Positions 59,600 to 64,000 of a stretch of DNA of 64,000 bases are shown piece by piece (the stretch's first letter is position 1; each line of letters starts with the position of its first letter). The position numbers were made by a program, and so were the translations under genes. Under the pieces are notes generated by a model. That model made no database searches. It was not told the origin of the DNA and saw only the letters and a list, made by a program, of their open reading frames with translations. The stretch is from Macrostomum lignano (Eukaryota). The stretch lies in NCBI GenBank assembly GCA_002269645.1, contig NIVC01001551.1, positions 1-64,000 on the forward strand. Reading direction: 5' to 3'.

Positions 59600-60930
59600 C
59601 TCCTGAAGGCTACTATAGCCTTCTGAAGGGTGTCATAATTTCCTGAAGGGTGTCATGGTCTCCTGAAGGGTGTCATGGTATCCTGAAGGGTGTCACGGTC
59701 TCCGGAAGGGTGTCATGGTATCCTGAAGGGTGTCATGGTCTCCTGAAGGGTGTCATGGTCTCCTGAAGGGTGTCATGGTATCGTGAAGGGTTTCATGGTA
59801 TCCTGAATGGTGTCATGGTATCCTGAAGGGTGTCATGGTATCCTGAAGGGTGTCATGGTCTCCTGAAGGGTGTCATGGTCTCCTGAAGGGTTTCATGGTA
59901 TCCTGAATGGTGTCATGGTATCCTGAAGGGTGTCATGGTCTCCTGAAGGGTGTCATGGTATCCTGAAGGGTGTCACGGTCTCCGGAAGGGTGTCATGGTC
60001 TCCTGAAGGGTGTCACGGTCTCCTGAAGGGTGTCATGGTCTCCTGAAGGGTGTCATGGTCTCCTGAAGGGTGTCATGGTATCTTGAAGGGTGTCACGGTC
60101 TCCGGAAGGGTGTCATGGTATCCTGAAGGGTGTCATGGTCTCCTGAAGGGTGTCACGGTCTCCGGAAGGGTGTCATGGTATCCTGAAGGGTGTCATGGTC
60201 TCCAGAAGGGTGTCATGGTCTCCTGAAGGGTGTCATGGTATCCTGAAGGGTTTCATGGTATCCTGAATGGTGTCATGGTATCCTGAAGGGTGTCATGGTA
60301 TCCTGAAGGGTGTCATGGTCTCCTGAAGGGTGTCATGGTCTCCTGAAGGGTGTCATGGTATCCTGAATGGTGTCATGGTATCCTGAAGGGTGTCATGGTC
60401 TCTTGAAGGGTGTCATGGTCTCCTGAAGGGTGTCATGGTCTCCTGAAGGGTGTCACGGTCTCCGGAAGGGTGTCATGGTCTCCTGAAGGGTGTCATGGTC
60501 TCTTGAAGGGTGTCATGGTCTCCTGAAGATGTCATGGTCTCCTGAAGGGTGTCATGATCTCTTGAAGGGTGTCATGGTCTCTTGAAGGGTGTCATGGTCT
60601 CTTGAAGGGTGTCATGGTCTCCTGAAGATGTCATGGTCTCTTGAAGGATGTCATGGTCTCCTGAAGATGTCATGGTCTCCTGAAGATGTCATGGTCTCTT
60701 GAAGGATGTCATGGTCTCCTGAAGATGTCATGGTCTCCTGAAGGGTGTCATGGTCTCTTGAAGGGTGTCATGGTCTCTTGAAGGTGTCATGGTCTCCTGA
60801 AGGGTGTCATGGTCTCTTGAAGGGTGTCATGGTCTCTTGAAGGGTGTCATGGTCTCCTGAAGGGTGTTATGGTCTCCTGAAGGGTGTCATGGTCTCCTGG
60901 AGGTGCTATAGTCTTCCGAAGGGTGCTATG
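59600..60930. repeat. 20-bp minisatellite (cctgaagggtgtcatggtct), about 65 copies, between convergent genes
   Basis: Direct reading. Confidence 0.96.
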
Positions 60931-61674
60931 GTCTCCTAAAGGATCCATAAGATCAGAAGTGCTGTATCACAAATGTTCGCCTAATTCTGCAAGTCAAAGC
61001 ATGCTACTTAAAGTATGTATGGCGTACATGTGTGCTGTTTTTTATTTTAATAAACACTAAAATGAGTAGCAAGCATTCAAGCTACTTACACTATTTAAGT
61101 AGAATATACGGCGTGTTAGCTTCTGTTTTCAATAGATAAGACGCAACCAACATGTATTATTGTGGTTCGCATGGTTTTAACCAAAAACCGCAAAATAAAA
61201 CGAACTTGAATTAATTTAATTTGTCCGCTTTAGAGGGTTTAAATAAACAAAAATTCTGATGGACTAATTAGACGTGAGGTGCACAAAAAACTAAAAATGG
61301 CTCTATGGGTGCTTGGTTACTACTACTAATAGTAACTCAACAGCTGATGCACTGATGTAAGTAACTGCGTATGTAGAGCTGATAAGTAAATAGTAAAATG
61401 AAATAATTAACTGTCTACAGGATGAATCGATTTCACTACCATTTGATTCCTAATAAAAGTACATTCCCAATTCTCATTTCATAAGTCTTTTATGACTACC
61501 CCCATGCAGAGAGCATAAAAGTACATTCCGCATTCCGATTTGAAGAGTGTAAAAGTGCATTGCATGTTTTTTCAATTTCAGCAGCATGTTACTCCGACAC
61601 GAAATCAAAATTTTCATCGGTAAATTAAAATTCATCCTTTATTTCAACATTAGTACTGTATTTATTGTAAACTT

Positions 61675-61881
61675 TCAACAGGTGTACTTGCAGAGAAACT
61701 GTTGCAGAAAGGCGTACACGAGAAAGGCTAAGTACAGCGCGAATAGTACCACCGCCATCAACTTGCCAATGCGAAATTTTGCGGCACTCATCATGCTGAT
61801 CGTGATTAGAAGGATGACTATCAGGATGATGCCGAATTTCACGTGGACAACCATCTTCATGCGGCCTTCGCAATAGTCCTT
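61675..61881 (-). CDS. NCKX: K-dependent Na/Ca exchanger (SLC24), last exon
   Basis: gtgcag|KDYCEGRMK...FGIILIVILLITISMMSAAKFRIGKLMAVVLFALYLAFLVYAFL...stop; two C-terminal TM helices. Confidence 0.85.
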   Translation of the reverse strand, partial: KDYCEGRMKMVVHVKFGIILIVILLITISMMSAAKFRIGKLMAVVLFALYLAFLVYAFLQQFLCKYTC

Positions 61882-61924
61882 CTGCACATTGGAGAAGTGG
61901 TGAGGTGGACGTCCCGTTCGGTTG

Positions 61925-62195
61925 GCCAATAGAAATTGAGGAGGGGAAGAAATGAAACCGTGTGGCGGTTATTTGGATCCTTATCAGCCAATAGAAATTG
62001 AGTAGTTGTAGAAATCAAACCGTGGCGGTTAGGTGGGTCCTTATCAGCCAATAGAAATCGAGGAGGGGTAGAAATCAAACCGTGGCGGTTAGGTGGGTCC
62101 TTATCAGCCAATAGAAATCGAGGAGGGGTAGAAATCAAACCGTGGCGGTTAGGTGGGTCCTTATCAGCCAATAGAAATCGCTATCAGCCAATAGG
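61925..62195. repeat. 60-bp intronic minisatellite, about 4 copies
   Basis: ccttatcagccaatagaaatcgaggaggggtagaaatcaaaccgtggcggttaggtgggt. Confidence 0.92.
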
Positions 62196-62296
62196 AACCG
62201 AGGAACAGAGGAATCAAGGAAGGATAGATTCGATGCGTTGATTTAGAGGGAAAGTACTGACTTAGCTCGTATAAAAATTCCAATAACTGAGCTCAC

Positions 62297-62467
62297 CCTC
62301 TCTTGCTCGCTGAACACATCCAGCGGTTCGGCTCTGTTGGCTATGAGCCGGACAAGAAAGGGCAGCCCGAGGCCCAGGTCGATGTCGAACACGTTGGAGC
62401 CAATGGCGTTTGAGACCGCCATGTCCGCGAATCCGTCTCGAGCCACGATGATGGAGCTCACCAAGTC
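62297..62467 (-). CDS. NCKX: NCKX exon, alpha-2 repeat
   Basis: cccaag|DLVSSIIVARDGFADMAVSNAIGSNVFDI...EQER|gtgagc; keeps the Asp equivalent to NCKX2 D575 (K dependence). Confidence 0.93.
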
Positions 62468-62548
62468 CTTGGGTTCGTGAAGTAGCGATTGTTTAATTTG
62501 GCAGCCTTCTACTATCACTGCACACCCCACAGCCTTCTCACTGCTTAC

Positions 62549-62702
62549 CGGAATGCTGGTCCCGGCAGCCAGCACAGTCATGGACATCACGAAGGTGTCG
62601 ATACCCAGCAGGCAGCCCAGCTTGGCCACCACTGTCACCATGACGAATGAGATTCCGGCAATCCACAGTACCGAGACGAAGAAGCTGACTAGGAAGTACT
62701 TT
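62549..62702 (-). CDS. NCKX: NCKX exon (TM helices into alpha-2)
   Basis: gtgcag|A AAG TAC: KYFLVSFFVSVLWIAGISFVMV...LGI..FVMSMTVLAAGTSIP|gtaagc. Confidence 0.93.
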
Positions 62703-62781
62703 CTGCACAATGGGTTAGCAGTGCTGTTAATTGAACACAATATTAGCTTTCTTATGCGGAAAATTGCAAAAAATTTCTCAC

Positions 62782-63098
62782 CTCAGGTGAGCCTTGGAGC
62801 AGTCCGGAATCGTCCAGCTATAGGCGCACAGAAACGGAAAAGCCGCTATAAAGACTAGCCATTTGAGTACAAAGACTAGCCACTGGCCGGCGCTCATCTC
62901 GGTTGTCCGGCGCGGCGGCGCCCCCCGGATGTCCGGGCAGCAGGCGCAGCAGCAGCCGATTTTGGCCTCAGCTTCTTCTCCGTCTGCCTGCCGTCGACCT
63001 TGTCCGTCGACCTCGCCGACATTCGATTCGCCGGCTGCGGCCGCGACGGCCGCCTCAACGTCTGCGGACGTCTCCGTCAGCGGCTCGCGGCGTGGCTC
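62782..63098 (-). CDS. NCKX: NCKX exon (end of cytosolic loop, start of TM region)
   Basis: tttcag|EPRRE...WLVFIAAFPFLCAYSWTIPDCSKAHL AG|gtgaga; P....TIPDC motif typical of NCKX. Confidence 0.9.
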
Positions 63099-63139
63099 CT
63101 GAAATTGAATTCTGCTTTGCTCACAAGGCATCACATCCG

Positions 63140-63365
63140 GTTTTATGAGCCACCTCATTTCCGGTTTTATGAGCCACCTCATTTCCGGTTTGATGAGCCA
63201 CCTCATTTCCGGTTTTATGAGCCACCTCATTTCCGGTTTTATGAGCCACCTCATTTCTGGTTTTATGAGCCACCTCATTTCCAGTTTTATGAGCCACCTC
63301 ATTTCCGGTTTTATGAGCCACCTCATTTTCTGTTTTATGAGCCACCTCATTTCCTGTTTTATGAG
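63140..63365. repeat. 24-bp intronic minisatellite (gttttatgagccacctcatttccg)
   Basis: About 10 copies. Confidence 0.95.
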
Positions 63366-63421
63366 CCATCTCCCGTTCAGTTTTATGACCCAAGTGTCCA
63401 CCTCACTCTCCGATGCCTCAC

Positions 63422-63649
63422 CTCCTCAATGGTGAAGATGTTCGCCCGCTCCCCCGGGCTGGTCAGCAGGCTGGTGACTGTATTGGGCGAGTCCGTGCTG
63501 GACTGTCCGCGCGAGTCCAGCTGGACCGCCTGGCCATTCAAATTGCGCAGGTCCGACTCGCTGAGACTGGCGAAGCTGTTCCGGCCGCTGGTCAACACTG
63601 CACTGTCATGAGCGGCGTCTTTCTGGCGCAACTGAGGAGTTGAGGCCGC
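63422..63649 (-). CDS. NCKX: NCKX exon (cytosolic loop); gene continues past the right edge
   Basis: ctacag|AASTPQLRQKD...ANIFTIEE|gtgagg; phase 0-0. Confidence 0.75.
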
Positions 63650-63665
63650 CTGTAGTGAAAAAATG

Positions 63666-64000
<335 letters not shown>

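Overview
Eukaryotic genomic DNA with spliceosomal introns. The style (GC-rich exons with poly-Ala/Gln, a different minisatellite in nearly every intron, AT-rich MITE-littered stretches) suggests a flatworm such as Macrostomum; that assignment is inference. Six protein-coding genes were reconstructed by hand from splice sites and reading phase. (1) TIA-1/TIAR-like RRM gene, minus strand, 5' part, running off the left edge. (2) Complete six-exon glycogen synthase, minus, 9190-26858, about 724 aa. (3) Gln-rich coiled-coil gene with a 22-aa internal repeat, minus, 28410-32771. (4) Two-exon HURP/DLGAP5-like GKAP-domain gene, plus, 43705-45197. (5) Ten-exon, 7-EC protocadherin, plus, 50372-59559, with one GC-AG intron. 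(6) 3' part of an NCKX (SLC24) exchanger, minus, 61675 to beyond 63649. Glycogen synthase intron 1 (10.4 kb) holds nested elements: inverted repeat > 24-mer array > hAT > two Gypsy-type LTR elements, one with an env-like glycoprotein, plus a 28S rRNA fragment. Top observations: a minisatellite whose unit is a whole 3' splice site plus the first 8 codons of the exon (13 copies; the first copy would add 200 aa in frame); mutually complementary arrays at the two ends of long introns; a TIA-1 model lacking RRM1, with candidate poison exons; and two 28S fragments altered exactly at the R2 target site. All coordinates and counts were made by eye.
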